This document shows, piece after piece, positions 1-8,418 of a stretch of 64,000 nucleotides of DNA. This DNA is from a virus. The notes under the pieces are model-generated. The model saw only the letters and a list, made by a program, of their open reading frames with translations, was not told the origin of the DNA and did no database searches. The stretch is from IMG/VR virus record IMGVR_UViG_3300045976_000088, positions 33,605 through 97,604 of that record; one strand, 5' to 3'. The translations under genes were made by a program, and so were the position numbers. Positions within the stretch are counted from its first letter, which is position 1, and each line of letters opens with the position of its first letter.

Positions 1-180
1 GCGTGCATGTGTGTGCGTGCGTGTGTGCGAGCGCACGCGCGTGCATGCGCACACGATGATGATGAATGATTGTTGGTTACTTGGTTACTACTACTACTAG
101 AGCGAGCTAAGTCCGCGTCAGCAAACAAAAAAATCGGTAACCTTGATTTGGTTACCCGTGGTTCCCGTGGGTTACCGGGT
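1..180. repeat. Low-complexity region with GGTTAC/GTAACC repeats; possible replication-origin-like region
   Basis: Alternating purine-pyrimidine tract at 1-55, (GAT)n and (CTA)n runs, an A-tract, and about five GGTTAC/GTAACC-like hexamers at 74-178. Confidence 0.4.
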
Positions 181-304
181 AGGAGTTCACGGAAAGTCAG
201 TGGTCACTATCGCAGTTCACGCAAATACTTCCGAAGCCTTTACACGGATCATCAAATATGAGGCAAAATGCCCCCTACCTCGTCGGGTTGGGGGACCAGT
301 CGCA

Positions 305-820
305 ATGGTCGAGTACATGCAACTCGTGCCGGGAAAGCTGCATTTCCGGTGCGATCGTCAGCGCGCAACGCTGAGCACGGAGGCCTGCGCCGAAATGTGG
401 CGCCAGGCCAATCACGAGAACATCGAAAGCCGCCTGGGCTGTCGGTGCTGCCCGCTGGGTGCTGAGCACGCCGGCGAGCGCCTGGCGAGCATGAGCGCGC
501 TGAAGGGCACGCCAACCTGCGCGCGCTGCCACCGCGGCGCCGAGCGGCTGATCCACGGCATGCACTGCGTCAGCTGCTACAACCGGCAGCGCGAGGTGAT
601 CCGCGGCAAGAACGCCAAGGGCACGGCGCCGACGCGCATCGCACCGCTGCAGCCCCGGCGCATCTGGTTCCTGGCCGGCCGGGTGCTGACCACCCTGGCA
701 AGCCCGCTGACGATGGACACCACCGAGCTCGTGGTGGCCGCTCTGCGCGACAGCCAGGACCGGGTGCGCTTCGCGTTCAAGGCGCAGGCGCCGCGGGCGG
801 CCCAGCTGAGCCTCTGGTGA
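305..820 (+). CDS. Cys-rich Zn-binding hypothetical protein
   Basis: CRCCP, CARCH and CVSC motifs; start taken at ATG 305 within ORF 143..820. Confidence 0.6.
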   Translation: MVEYMQLVPGKLHFRCDRQRATLSTEACAEMWRQANHENIESRLGCRCCPLGAEHAGERLASMSALKGTPTCARCHRGAERLIHGMHCVSCYNRQREVIRGKNAKGTAPTRIAPLQPRRIWFLAGRVLTTLASPLTMDTTELVVAALRDSQDRVRFAFKAQAPRAAQLSLW

Positions 821-824
821 CCGG

Positions 825-1163
825 ATGGCTACCAGCGCCTCACCCCTGGCCGAAAAACGGCCCAGCGAGCCCGCCAGCGCCCACGGCGAGGCATCCGGCA
901 GCTGGCGGCTCGTGCCGCACTGCTGCCGCAACTGCTTCGGCCGGATCCTGTCGCGGCCGCACGCCGGCGAGACCCTGTACCGCTGCAGCAACTGCGGCAT
1001 GGAGAAGCTGAGCACGCGGCCGGAGTCGATCTGTGCGTGCGGCACGGCGCTGCGCACCGGCAAGAACGCCGGGCTGCGCTGCGTGCCAAACCCGGAGCCG
1101 CGGCCCGAGTGCCCGAGCGAGTACGTGGTCGAGGAGGCCTCGGGCGGGGCAAAAATGCCGTGA
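825..1163 (+). CDS. Cys-rich Zn-finger hypothetical protein
   Basis: HCCRNC, CSNCG and CACG motifs; follows the previous gene closely. Confidence 0.6.
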   Translation: MATSASPLAEKRPSEPASAHGEASGSWRLVPHCCRNCFGRILSRPHAGETLYRCSNCGMEKLSTRPESICACGTALRTGKNAGLRCVPNPEPRPECPSEYVVEEASGGAKMP

Positions 1164-1292
1164 GCTGATTCTTAGTCTGTTGTCTTGAGCAAGCAGACTC
1201 CGCGCAAACGCAGTAACGGCGCGGTTTTCCGGCCTTCCGGCCATCTTCAAAAACCGCGTTCGGGCTCAAGTCGGGCGCAACTGGAGCACTTT

Positions 1293-1964
1293 GTGAGGCA
1301 ATTACCCGAGTTCATCACCTTCACCGGCGTCGACGATCACACCTCGATCGGCGGCATGCTGGCGCTGTCGCGCCTGTACCCGATCGAGTGGGGTGTGCTG
1401 CTGTCGCGGTCACGCCAGGGCGTGGATACGCGCTACCCGTCTTGGCAGTTCATCAGCGGCCTGATCTCGCACCATCGCGAGCTGGCGCTGTCGGCGCACG
1501 TGTGCGGGGCCTACGCGCGCGAGGTCATGGAAGACGGCCAAATCCAGGGCGTCGACGCGGTGCTCGGGCGCTGGTTCCGGCGCGCGCAGGTCAACCACAC
1601 CGAACCGAACCATGCCTCGGTGGCGCTGTGGGCGCAGCGCGTGCGCATCCAGGCGATCGTGCAGCACCGGCATGCCGACGGCTTCACGCGCTCGCATCCT
1701 GACGTCGCGCTGCTGTTCGATGCGAGCGGCGGCCGCGGCATCCAGCCGGAGGCCTGGCCGATCGACACCAGCGGCGTCATCAAGGGCTACGCCGGCGGCC
1801 TGAACCCCGACAACGTGGCGCACGCGGTCAACGAGATCGGCCGGACGGCCCCGTGCTACTGGCTCGACATGGAGACCGGCGTGCGCGATGAGAACGACCG
1901 CTTCGACCTGGAGCGCTGCCGCGCGGTCTGCGAAGCGGTCTACGGGAAAAGCCTGTTCGCCTGA
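1293..1964 (+). CDS. TrpF/PRAI-like TIM-barrel protein
   Basis: LLFDASGGRG, GYAGGLNPDNV and WLDMETGVR motifs; GGAG SD before GTG 1293. Confidence 0.65.
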   Translation: MRQLPEFITFTGVDDHTSIGGMLALSRLYPIEWGVLLSRSRQGVDTRYPSWQFISGLISHHRELALSAHVCGAYAREVMEDGQIQGVDAVLGRWFRRAQVNHTEPNHASVALWAQRVRIQAIVQHRHADGFTRSHPDVALLFDASGGRGIQPEAWPIDTSGVIKGYAGGLNPDNVAHAVNEIGRTAPCYWLDMETGVRDENDRFDLERCRAVCEAVYGKSLFA

Positions 1965-1980
1965 TCACCTGCGCGGGCAC

Positions 1981-2001
1981 TCGTGACGCCACGATCACTG
2001 C
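1981..2001 (+). promoter_or_regulatory. TCGTGA-box promoter, leaderless type
   Basis: TCGTGA-cgc-CACGAT-cactgc-ATG(2002). Confidence 0.7.
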
Positions 2002-2355
2002 ATGGCTACATGCTGGCAGATCGTCACGAGGGCCCTGCACGAGCTTGGCGGCAGCGCCACGGCCGCGCAGGTGGAGCTGCACATCGGCGGCGCGTTCTAC
2101 GCGGCGCGCGGGCTGGAAAGCGCGGCGAAGCACGGCCTCGTGAAGTGCTCCGGCAAGGGTGCTGCAGTGCCGTGGGTGCTCACGCAAAAGGGCATCGACT
2201 GGAGCGAGGGCCGGCTGACGACGGCAGAGCAGCGCCGCTATCCAGGTCGCGAGAGCCCGCAGTTCATCGGCATGCGCTTCGTTCCGACCTGGCTGTCGGC
2301 GCTGCCGCGCGGGATTCGTATCACCCAACCCGAACCGGAGGCCGCGCCGTGCTGA
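2002..2355 (+). CDS. Hypothetical protein, winged-helix-like
   Basis: ORF beginning exactly at the motif-defined ATG; wHTH-like pattern. Confidence 0.6.
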   Translation: MATCWQIVTRALHELGGSATAAQVELHIGGAFYAARGLESAAKHGLVKCSGKGAAVPWVLTQKGIDWSEGRLTTAEQRRYPGRESPQFIGMRFVPTWLSALPRGIRITQPEPEAAPC

Positions 2356-2449
2356 ACGCCGCTTTCCTCACCTGGTGCGCATGGTGGCACGCCTACACCG
2401 GCAACTTCGAGGCCGCCGCGCGCTGCGTGGCCGCAGCATGGGAGGCGCC

Positions 2450-2794
2450 GTGCGCTCCTGGTTCCGCAACCTGATCCGTTCCTGGGTGGCCGGCCCCGAG
2501 CTGTCGGAGCTCGCACGCTGGCGCATCGCGCACGCCCACGTGCACGGAGGCCTGAGCGAGTTCCCGCAGAGCGCCGCCGCGCTGCAGTTCCTCGACGACC
2601 TGGTGGCCGGCCGCTCGCGCTACGGCGACCTGAACGCGCTGCGCGCCCAGCTGCGCGAGCTGCAGCCGGTGACGCCGATCGCGCCCGCCGGCTACCGGCC
2701 GCCCGAGCCGCCGAGGCGCCGGCGCGAGGACTACCTGGACGGCGACAGCATCCCCTACCAGTACCTCGTCGGAGCGTGCGGCGATGAGCGCTGA
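2450..2794 (+). CDS. Hypothetical protein
   Basis: GGAGG SD before GTG 2450; overlaps the next start. Confidence 0.5.
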   Translation: MRSWFRNLIRSWVAGPELSELARWRIAHAHVHGGLSEFPQSAAALQFLDDLVAGRSRYGDLNALRAQLRELQPVTPIAPAGYRPPEPPRRRREDYLDGDSIPYQYLVGACGDER

Positions 2795-3329
2795 TCGCGA
2801 GGATCTTGAGGCCGAACTGCTAGACGCCTACGAGGCGCCGCCGGACGGCCCGCTGCACCCCGCCACCGTCGCGCACCGCGTGATGCAGCTGGACGAGCAC
2901 AAGCACCTGGTCGAGAACGAGATCCGGTTTCTGTTCCTGCTGCGCTACACGCCCGACAAGCAGGGCGGCCGCGAGGTGATCGGCCGCGTGAGCGAGCCGC
3001 AGGTGCAGGGCCGCATGCGCGAGCTGTTCGAGCACCTGATCGTCAAGGCCTACGGCTTCCTGCCCGACTACATCGTCACGATCAGCGCGGACTTCTGGCG
3101 CGAGGCGACCGACCTGCAGCGCGAGGCGCTGATGCACCACGAGCTTAGCCACGTGCAGCAGGCGCTCGACCGCGATGGCGAGCCGCGTTTCAACACGCAG
3201 ACCGGCGAGCCGATCTATTGCCTGGTGGCGCACGACATCGAGGAGTTCAACAAGACGGTCGAGCGCTACGGACTGTGGAAGGATGACGTGCGGCAGTTCG
3301 CCGAGACCTGCGCGAGGGTCGAGCGGTGA
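2784..3329 (+). CDS. Putative phage metallopeptidase
   Basis: HELSH (HExxH) motif followed by HDIEEF...YGLW. Confidence 0.75.
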   Translation: MSADREDLEAELLDAYEAPPDGPLHPATVAHRVMQLDEHKHLVENEIRFLFLLRYTPDKQGGREVIGRVSEPQVQGRMRELFEHLIVKAYGFLPDYIVTISADFWREATDLQREALMHHELSHVQQALDRDGEPRFNTQTGEPIYCLVAHDIEEFNKTVERYGLWKDDVRQFAETCARVER

Positions 3330-3679
3330 GCACGCAGCCCGGAACCGGCCTGGCCCGCTTCGCCGAGGTGGTGGCGCTGCTGGTGAAGCAGCCTCGCACC
3401 ATCACCGAGCTGTCGGAGGCGATGGGCCAGGACAAGCCGAACGATCAGCCGGCCCGCTACATCAACGCGCTGCGCGCCGAGGGCCTGCTGTACGTGAAGG
3501 AGTGGCGGCAGCAGCTCAATGGTCGCGGCAAGCCGTGGCCCGTCTACGCCTGGCAGCCCAGCGTGCTGGAGCTGCCCGACGCGCCGCGGCCGGAGTGCAC
3601 GCCGCGCCCGCCGAAGGTCGGCAAGCGCGAGCTCGCGCGCCAGCGGCGCGAGGCCGCGTCATGCACGACGCCCGCCTGA
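3326..3679 (+). CDS. Winged-helix DNA-binding protein
   Basis: PRTITELSEAMG...YINALRAEGLLYV; GTGA coupling with the upstream gene. Confidence 0.6.
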   Translation: MSTQPGTGLARFAEVVALLVKQPRTITELSEAMGQDKPNDQPARYINALRAEGLLYVKEWRQQLNGRGKPWPVYAWQPSVLELPDAPRPECTPRPPKVGKRELARQRREAASCTTPA

Positions 3680-3786
3680 AGTGCTGCCGCTGCGGCGGCA
3701 CCGGCCACCTGTCGAAGGACTGCCGCATCCCGCTGCTGCCCGTGAAGAATTTGCCGACGCCCGCGCACAAGCCGGCGAAATCATGA
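3661..3786 (+). CDS. Small CCHC zinc-knuckle protein (41 aa)
   Basis: C-CR-C-GGTG-H-LSKD-C matches CX2CX4HX4C; ATG at 3661. Confidence 0.5.
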   Translation: MHDARLKCCRCGGTGHLSKDCRIPLLPVKNLPTPAHKPAKS

Positions 3787-3837
3787 TCAAATTCGAGTAA
3801 CGCGCGCCGGGCGCATCCCGGCATCATTGGAGAAATC

Positions 3838-3978
3838 ATGAGCACTGGAACCGGCATCGCCATAGCTGGCGCTGCAGCATCGGCCGCGTGCGTTGCGATC
3901 TTCGCGCCGCCAGCAGTGGCGCAAATGATCTTTGCCATCCTCGTTTTCGGATTCGTTTGGTGGGTGGTGTTTTCATGA
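3838..3978 (+). CDS. Small membrane protein (46 aa; not in the ORF track)
   Basis: GGAG SD; hydrophobic MSTGTGIAIAG...FGFVWWVVFS; ATGA overlap with the next gene. Confidence 0.55.
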   Translation: MSTGTGIAIAGAAASAACVAIFAPPAVAQMIFAILVFGFVWWVVFS

Positions 3979-4523
3979 CCCGCCGCGTTTTCCTCGACAT
4001 GGACGGTGTGGTGGTGGACTTCGAGGGCTATCTGCGCCACCTCAACGAAACCATCGCCTTCTCTGGATCGGCGCCTTTCACCGGCGACGACGTGAAGCGC
4101 AGCGCGGGCGCCTACGCCAACATGCTGCCGATCCCCGGCGCCCTCGACGGCGTGCGCTCGATCATCGGCATGGGCTTCGACGTGTGGCTCGCCACCAAGC
4201 CGCCAACCGGCATCAGCTGGGCCTACGCCGACAAGGCCGAATGGGTCTTCAAGCACCTGCCAGAGCTCAAGCGCAAGCTGATCATCACGCACGACAAGGG
4301 GATGCTTGGGAGCGAGCGCGACATCCTGGTGGACGATCGTCCGCACCGTGCGAACTGCGAGGCCTTCCGCGGCATGCTTGTGTCGTTCGGCTTCGCGTCG
4401 AGTGAGCTTGTCAAGAAGCGCTGCAGGCTCGCCACCGCTGGAGTCTGCGACTGGCAAGAGCTGCTTGCCATGCTCGGCAAAATCGCCCCGAACCGCGAGC
4501 GCAGTTCGGCGCTGGAGTTCTGA
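3975..4523 (+). CDS. HAD-family 5'(3')-deoxyribonucleotidase (NT5C-like)
   Basis: VFLDMDGVVVDF (DxD), K..W..KHLP and ILVDDR motifs. Confidence 0.85.
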   Translation: MTRRVFLDMDGVVVDFEGYLRHLNETIAFSGSAPFTGDDVKRSAGAYANMLPIPGALDGVRSIIGMGFDVWLATKPPTGISWAYADKAEWVFKHLPELKRKLIITHDKGMLGSERDILVDDRPHRANCEAFRGMLVSFGFASSELVKKRCRLATAGVCDWQELLAMLGKIAPNRERSSALEF

Positions 4524-4525
4524 CC

Positions 4526-4726
4526 ATGGCACCGCTCACCGAGCGCTGGGTCGCTATCGAAGGCAGCATCTACACCGAGGCCGAGCACGAGCAGAAGACC
4601 GCGGGCGGACTCACAATCCGCGTGCGCCACGCGATCGCCTACAACGTCGGCGACGCGGCCGCCCAGCACATCGTGACGCTGCACAACTCGGCGTTGGTTC
4701 GATCATCCTTACAGGCTGCTGTGTAG
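4526..4726 (+). CDS. Hypothetical protein
   Basis: Short ORF in operon context. Confidence 0.5.
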   Translation: MAPLTERWVAIEGSIYTEAEHEQKTAGGLTIRVRHAIAYNVGDAAAQHIVTLHNSALVRSSLQAAV

Positions 4727-4787
4727 TGGCATAATCAAATTTGATCAACCGCGCGGCCCGGTCGCGCCGCATATTTGGAGAAGCACC

Positions 4788-5837
4788 TTGGAGATCAAAC
4801 CCACCATTGGCCGCAAGGTCTGGTACTGGCCCACCAACGACACGTCGATGGCCGTGAGCAGTGCCGACCAGGCGCTCGACGCGACCGTGATCTACGTGCA
4901 CGAAGATGGCTTCGTGAACCTGTTCATCGTCGACCACATGGGCGCGATGTACTCGCGCTACCGCGTGCCGCTGTATCAGGGCGATGTCGACAGCAGGCCG
5001 CGTGATCACTCCTGCGCCACGTGGATGCCGTACCAGCGCGAGCAGGCATCGAAGGCGTCCATCGTCACCGCCGAGGAGAAATCCGAGCTGCTGGGGGTGT
5101 TCGAGAAGCCGCGGCACACCGTCGACATTCCCGACTCCAGCGGCCGTATCGCGCGCTACATCCTCGACGACGCCGCGAGCACCGAGAGCGCGCTGAGCGC
5201 GAAGCTGGTCGAGATGGGGTGGACGCCGCCGGGCGGCATGGTGCGCAGCGATCCGGTGGATCTGAGCACTGTCGCAAACGTGGCGCTGATCCAGGAACTG
5301 GCGCGCCGCAACATCTCGCTTACCGCCGCCGAAAAGACCTTCGCCGACCCCTGCCTCGCCAAGCGCCGCCCCGGCGAGCCGATGTTCACGCTGCTCGGCC
5401 GCGACCCGGTGGCGGCCAGCCTAGTGCGGCTGTGGGCAGCCGCGCGCGACGCCTACCTGCTCAAGCAGACCGACCCGGATCGCCTGGCGAACGCGCTGGA
5501 CATCGCCGACAAGATGGAGCGCTGGAGCCGCGGGCCGTCCGACACCCGCCCACTAGGCAACGGCGTGCCGGCCGACGTGCTCGACCTGCTGCCGCTCGAC
5601 ATGCTGGAGCGCGCGCTGTCGAAGCGCGGGTACACCGTGCTGCCCAACGCGGCGAGGATGGCGGGCGAGATGAAAGACGGCAGCGCTCCGACCGGAGTTC
5701 CGCGGATCTCAGGCCCGTTCTACGAGCAGCTGAAGAAGCAGCTGCGCGAGGAGTTGTTTCAAATGCCTGACCTGCGGCCGGCTGGCGCAGGCGATGGCAG
5801 CACCATCCCGTGCGTCGACATCACGCTGGAACGCTGA
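4788..5837 (+). CDS. Multi-module hypothetical protein
   Basis: GGAG SD; modules KPTIGRKVWYW...VNLFI and GEPMFTLLGRDPVA resemble common phage small-protein families. Confidence 0.65.
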   Translation: MEIKPTIGRKVWYWPTNDTSMAVSSADQALDATVIYVHEDGFVNLFIVDHMGAMYSRYRVPLYQGDVDSRPRDHSCATWMPYQREQASKASIVTAEEKSELLGVFEKPRHTVDIPDSSGRIARYILDDAASTESALSAKLVEMGWTPPGGMVRSDPVDLSTVANVALIQELARRNISLTAAEKTFADPCLAKRRPGEPMFTLLGRDPVAASLVRLWAAARDAYLLKQTDPDRLANALDIADKMERWSRGPSDTRPLGNGVPADVLDLLPLDMLERALSKRGYTVLPNAARMAGEMKDGSAPTGVPRISGPFYEQLKKQLREELFQMPDLRPAGAGDGSTIPCVDITLER

Positions 5838-5839
5838 CC

Positions 5840-6190
5840 ATGGACGGCAATGAACTGGTCAAGTTTCTCGCCACCACGGTCGAGAAGCACACCCTGCAGG
5901 CCTGCAGCATCGAGCAGCTGAAGGCCGAGCTCGCGCGCCGCGGCGAGGCGCTGCCCCAGCAGATCGACCTGCGTGAGCCGCTGGCGCGGCTGTTCCAGGC
6001 CGCCGACCTGCTGAACCAGAACCTCAACAGCGGCGACTACGATGACGCGGTGCGCGAGGCCATGGCCCAGCTGCTGCCGGACATCGAGCGCGCGCTGATC
6101 CTCGACTGCGGCGACGCGGTGCGGCGCCAGGCCAAGCCGCGAGGCTGGATGGGCGACCGCAGCGGCGGCCCGCACGGCCCGCACGACTGA
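5840..6190 (+). CDS. Hypothetical protein
   Basis: ATG 2 nt after the upstream stop. Confidence 0.55.
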   Translation: MDGNELVKFLATTVEKHTLQACSIEQLKAELARRGEALPQQIDLREPLARLFQAADLLNQNLNSGDYDDAVREAMAQLLPDIERALILDCGDAVRRQAKPRGWMGDRSGGPHGPHD

Positions 6191-6297
6191 CACTTAATCT
6201 GTCGCGCACGGCCGGCCGGCCCTTGCGTGGCAAGCAGTTAGCGACGCCGGCCTGATCATCGGGCGCGCTTTGGGCGCGCCAGCACCTGGAGACCGCA

Positions 6298-6564
6298 ATG
6301 AAAAGCACCTTTGACCGCATCAAGAAGCTCGTCGCCGAGCAGCTGGGCCTGAGCTACGACAACCTCGACGACAACGTGAAGCCCGAGAGCAGCCTGGTCG
6401 GAGACCTGGGCGCCGACAGCCTCGATACCATCGAGATGGTCATGGCCCTTGAAGACGAGTTCGGCATCGAGATTCCCAACGAGCACGCCGAGAAGATCAA
6501 GACCGTGCAGGACTGCCTCGACGTCGTGGAGCAGCAACTGAAGCTGCGCGGGGTGACGGCGTGA
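6298..6564 (+). CDS. acpP: Acyl carrier protein
   Basis: [34 protein letters not shown] with the phosphopantetheine-acceptor Ser; GGAG SD. Confidence 0.92.
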   Translation: MKSTFDRIKKLVAEQLGLSYDNLDDNVKPESSLVGDLGADSLDTIEMVMALEDEFGIEIPNEHAEKIKTVQDCLDVVEQQLKLRGVTA

Positions 6565-6821
6565 GCGGCGGCGAGCGCGACGACGGCGGGCCGGCGTTCC
6601 CGGTCCCCACGATAAGCGTGGCCGATCGCGAAATCACCACGCACGAGAGCACCGGCGGCATGACGCTCCGCGACTACTTCGCGGCGAAGGCGATGCAGAA
6701 GCTCATAGGCAACGTCAGCATGGAACATCTCGCCACCGGCCGCCCCTACTTCAAAGCGGACTGGGCGGCGGTCGCAGCCTATGCGATGGCCGACGCTATG
6801 CTGAAGGCGAGGTCATCATGA
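6561..6821 (+). CDS. Conserved phage hypothetical protein
   Basis: GGPAFP...[14 protein letters not shown]...[12 protein letters not shown] signature. Confidence 0.75.
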   Translation: MSGGERDDGGPAFPVPTISVADREITTHESTGGMTLRDYFAAKAMQKLIGNVSMEHLATGRPYFKADWAAVAAYAMADAMLKARSS

Positions 6822-7033
6822 ACGCCCACGCCGCAATCAACGCGCTGCTGATCTTCCTGATGGTGCCGGGAGTCATCACGGCCTGGCACATCCTGTTCAG
6901 CATCGCCATGGCCTGCGAAGACCGCGACGGCGAGCTGATGGAGTGGTACAAGCGCGGCCCGCTACTCGGGCAGTGCCTGGTCTGGCTGCTGTGGCCGGTG
7001 TTCTTGATCTGGAGGCACAGGCGCCGTGGATAA
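6818..7033 (+). CDS. Small membrane protein
   Basis: Two hydrophobic segments; ATGA coupling. Confidence 0.55.
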   Translation: MNAHAAINALLIFLMVPGVITAWHILFSIAMACEDRDGELMEWYKRGPLLGQCLVWLLWPVFLIWRHRRRG

Positions 7034-7373
7034 CAGCCCTTGGACCCTGATCATCGACGGCCACGAGTACCAAGGCTCGATCACCGAGCTGCAGGTGACG
7101 CTTCCGATCGTTTCCACCTACACGCCAATGACTGGCTGCTCGGCGACGCTGGAGATGAAGGCCGCCCGGTGGAACGTCAAGAACTGCCGCAAGCTGTGGC
7201 CGGGTCCGCCTGGCGGTAAGCGGGCTCGTCGCGCCAGGTTTTACGCGAGGCAGCGCAAGTTGCGTTGGCTCGCGCGGCAGGTCAGGCAGGACTTGGAGCG
7301 GTTCTATGGTCGCCCGCTCACGCCGGAGTTGCGCGACGAGGTGATCGAGCAGGTCTACCACTCGCTCCGCTGA
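7026..7373 (+). CDS. Hypothetical protein
   Basis: Overlap-coupled ORF. Confidence 0.5.
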   Translation: MDNSPWTLIIDGHEYQGSITELQVTLPIVSTYTPMTGCSATLEMKAARWNVKNCRKLWPGPPGGKRARRARFYARQRKLRWLARQVRQDLERFYGRPLTPELRDEVIEQVYHSLR

Positions 7374-7810
7374 TGCTCTGCCCCATCTGCGGCCGCCCGA
7401 CGCGCCTGCTGCGCACCGAGCCGCTGGAGGTGGGCGCAGTGCGCCACGTGCGCCTGTGCACGATCCCGACCGCGCTGGCGCACCCTCACGTCGAGTTCGA
7501 GACCGTTGAGGTGCTGGCCGCCACGCTGAGCGGCATGGGCGCGACCGCGTTGGCGCGCGAGCTGCACCGCGCGCGCAAGGGGCTGCGGCGCCGCGTCGAG
7601 ACCGAGACCATCCGGCGAAAGACGCTGAAGCTGCTGGCCGCCGGCAAGCGCACGGCGCACGTGGCGCGCGCGGTCGGCATAACCGAGGCCCGTGTTCGTC
7701 AAATTCGAGCAGAAGCGGCCGCTGTGACGGTATCCTCCGCGCATGGTGAACCCGAACCCCAAAGCGAAACCGGACCTGAAGCACGGCAACAGCCACCCGC
7801 TGCGCGCTGA
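7373..7810 (+). CDS. Zn-ribbon (Ogr/NrdR-like) plus HTH putative transcription regulator
   Basis: MLCPICG...RHVRLC...FETVE N-terminus; C-terminal TAHVARAVGITEARVRQIR HTH; TGATG coupling. Confidence 0.6.
   Translation: MLCPICGRPTRLLRTEPLEVGAVRHVRLCTIPTALAHPHVEFETVEVLAATLSGMGATALARELHRARKGLRRRVETETIRRKTLKLLAAGKRTAHVARAVGITEARVRQIRAEAAAVTVSSAHGEPEPQSETGPEARQQPPAAR
7722..7742 (+). promoter_or_regulatory. TCGTGA-box variant promoter, leaderless type (terS-terL)
   Basis: CTGTGA-cgg-TATCCT-ccgcgc-ATG(7743). Confidence 0.6.
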
Positions 7811-8417
7811 AGCGATCGAGTGGATTTACAACCACCTGTTCGTCAACGGCGAGAGTGACCTGCGGCCGATCTACGAGCGATACGAGAAGGGCCAAGGAGT
7901 CGGCCACCACACGGTTTGGGGGTGGATCCGCCAGGTCAAAGCCGCGGGCCCGCGCAAGACCGACCTGAGCGCGGCCGCGGCGCGCGTCGAGGAGATCATG
8001 GACACCGACATCGGCAAGAACCTGCCGGTGGCGCCATCGCCGCACTACGTCGCGAGCGCCGGCGAGCGCGGCATGCGCAACCTCGATATCCTCGGCTGCC
8101 TCTCGCAGGCGAAGCACGACATCGACATGCTGCGCAAGCACGCGGTCAAGATGGTGACCGATCCCGACACGGGCGAGCAGGCCGAGGGCATCAAGAACCC
8201 GCTGCTGTTCGAGAAGCAGATTCAGCGCCGGCTGAACCTGGCCGACAGCGCGATGAAGGCCATGAGCGAGGTGTGGAACCTGCGCACGATGCAGAACTTC
8301 TACGAGACCGTGGTCGACGAGATCGGCAAGGAATCACCGGAATGCCAGCAGCGCATTATGCGCCGCCTGGCCGCGCTGAACGCGCGCACGGGGATGACGC
8401 TCAACGCCAGGGTCTGA
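7743..8417 (+). CDS. terS: Probable terminase small subunit
   Basis: Immediately upstream of terL; N-terminal HTH-like segment (HTVWGWIRQVK) and helical C-terminus. Confidence 0.6.
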   Translation: MVNPNPKAKPDLKHGNSHPLRAEAIEWIYNHLFVNGESDLRPIYERYEKGQGVGHHTVWGWIRQVKAAGPRKTDLSAAAARVEEIMDTDIGKNLPVAPSPHYVASAGERGMRNLDILGCLSQAKHDIDMLRKHAVKMVTDPDTGEQAEGIKNPLLFEKQIQRRLNLADSAMKAMSEVWNLRTMQNFYETVVDEIGKESPECQQRIMRRLAALNARTGMTLNARV

Positions 8418-8418
8418 C

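Noticed and set aside
4671-4926. Other TCGTGA hexamers (4671, 4912; also 19187, 19348, 38563)
   Set aside because: They lack the nAnnnT hexamer at the fixed spacing and are not at gene starts, so they were treated as background
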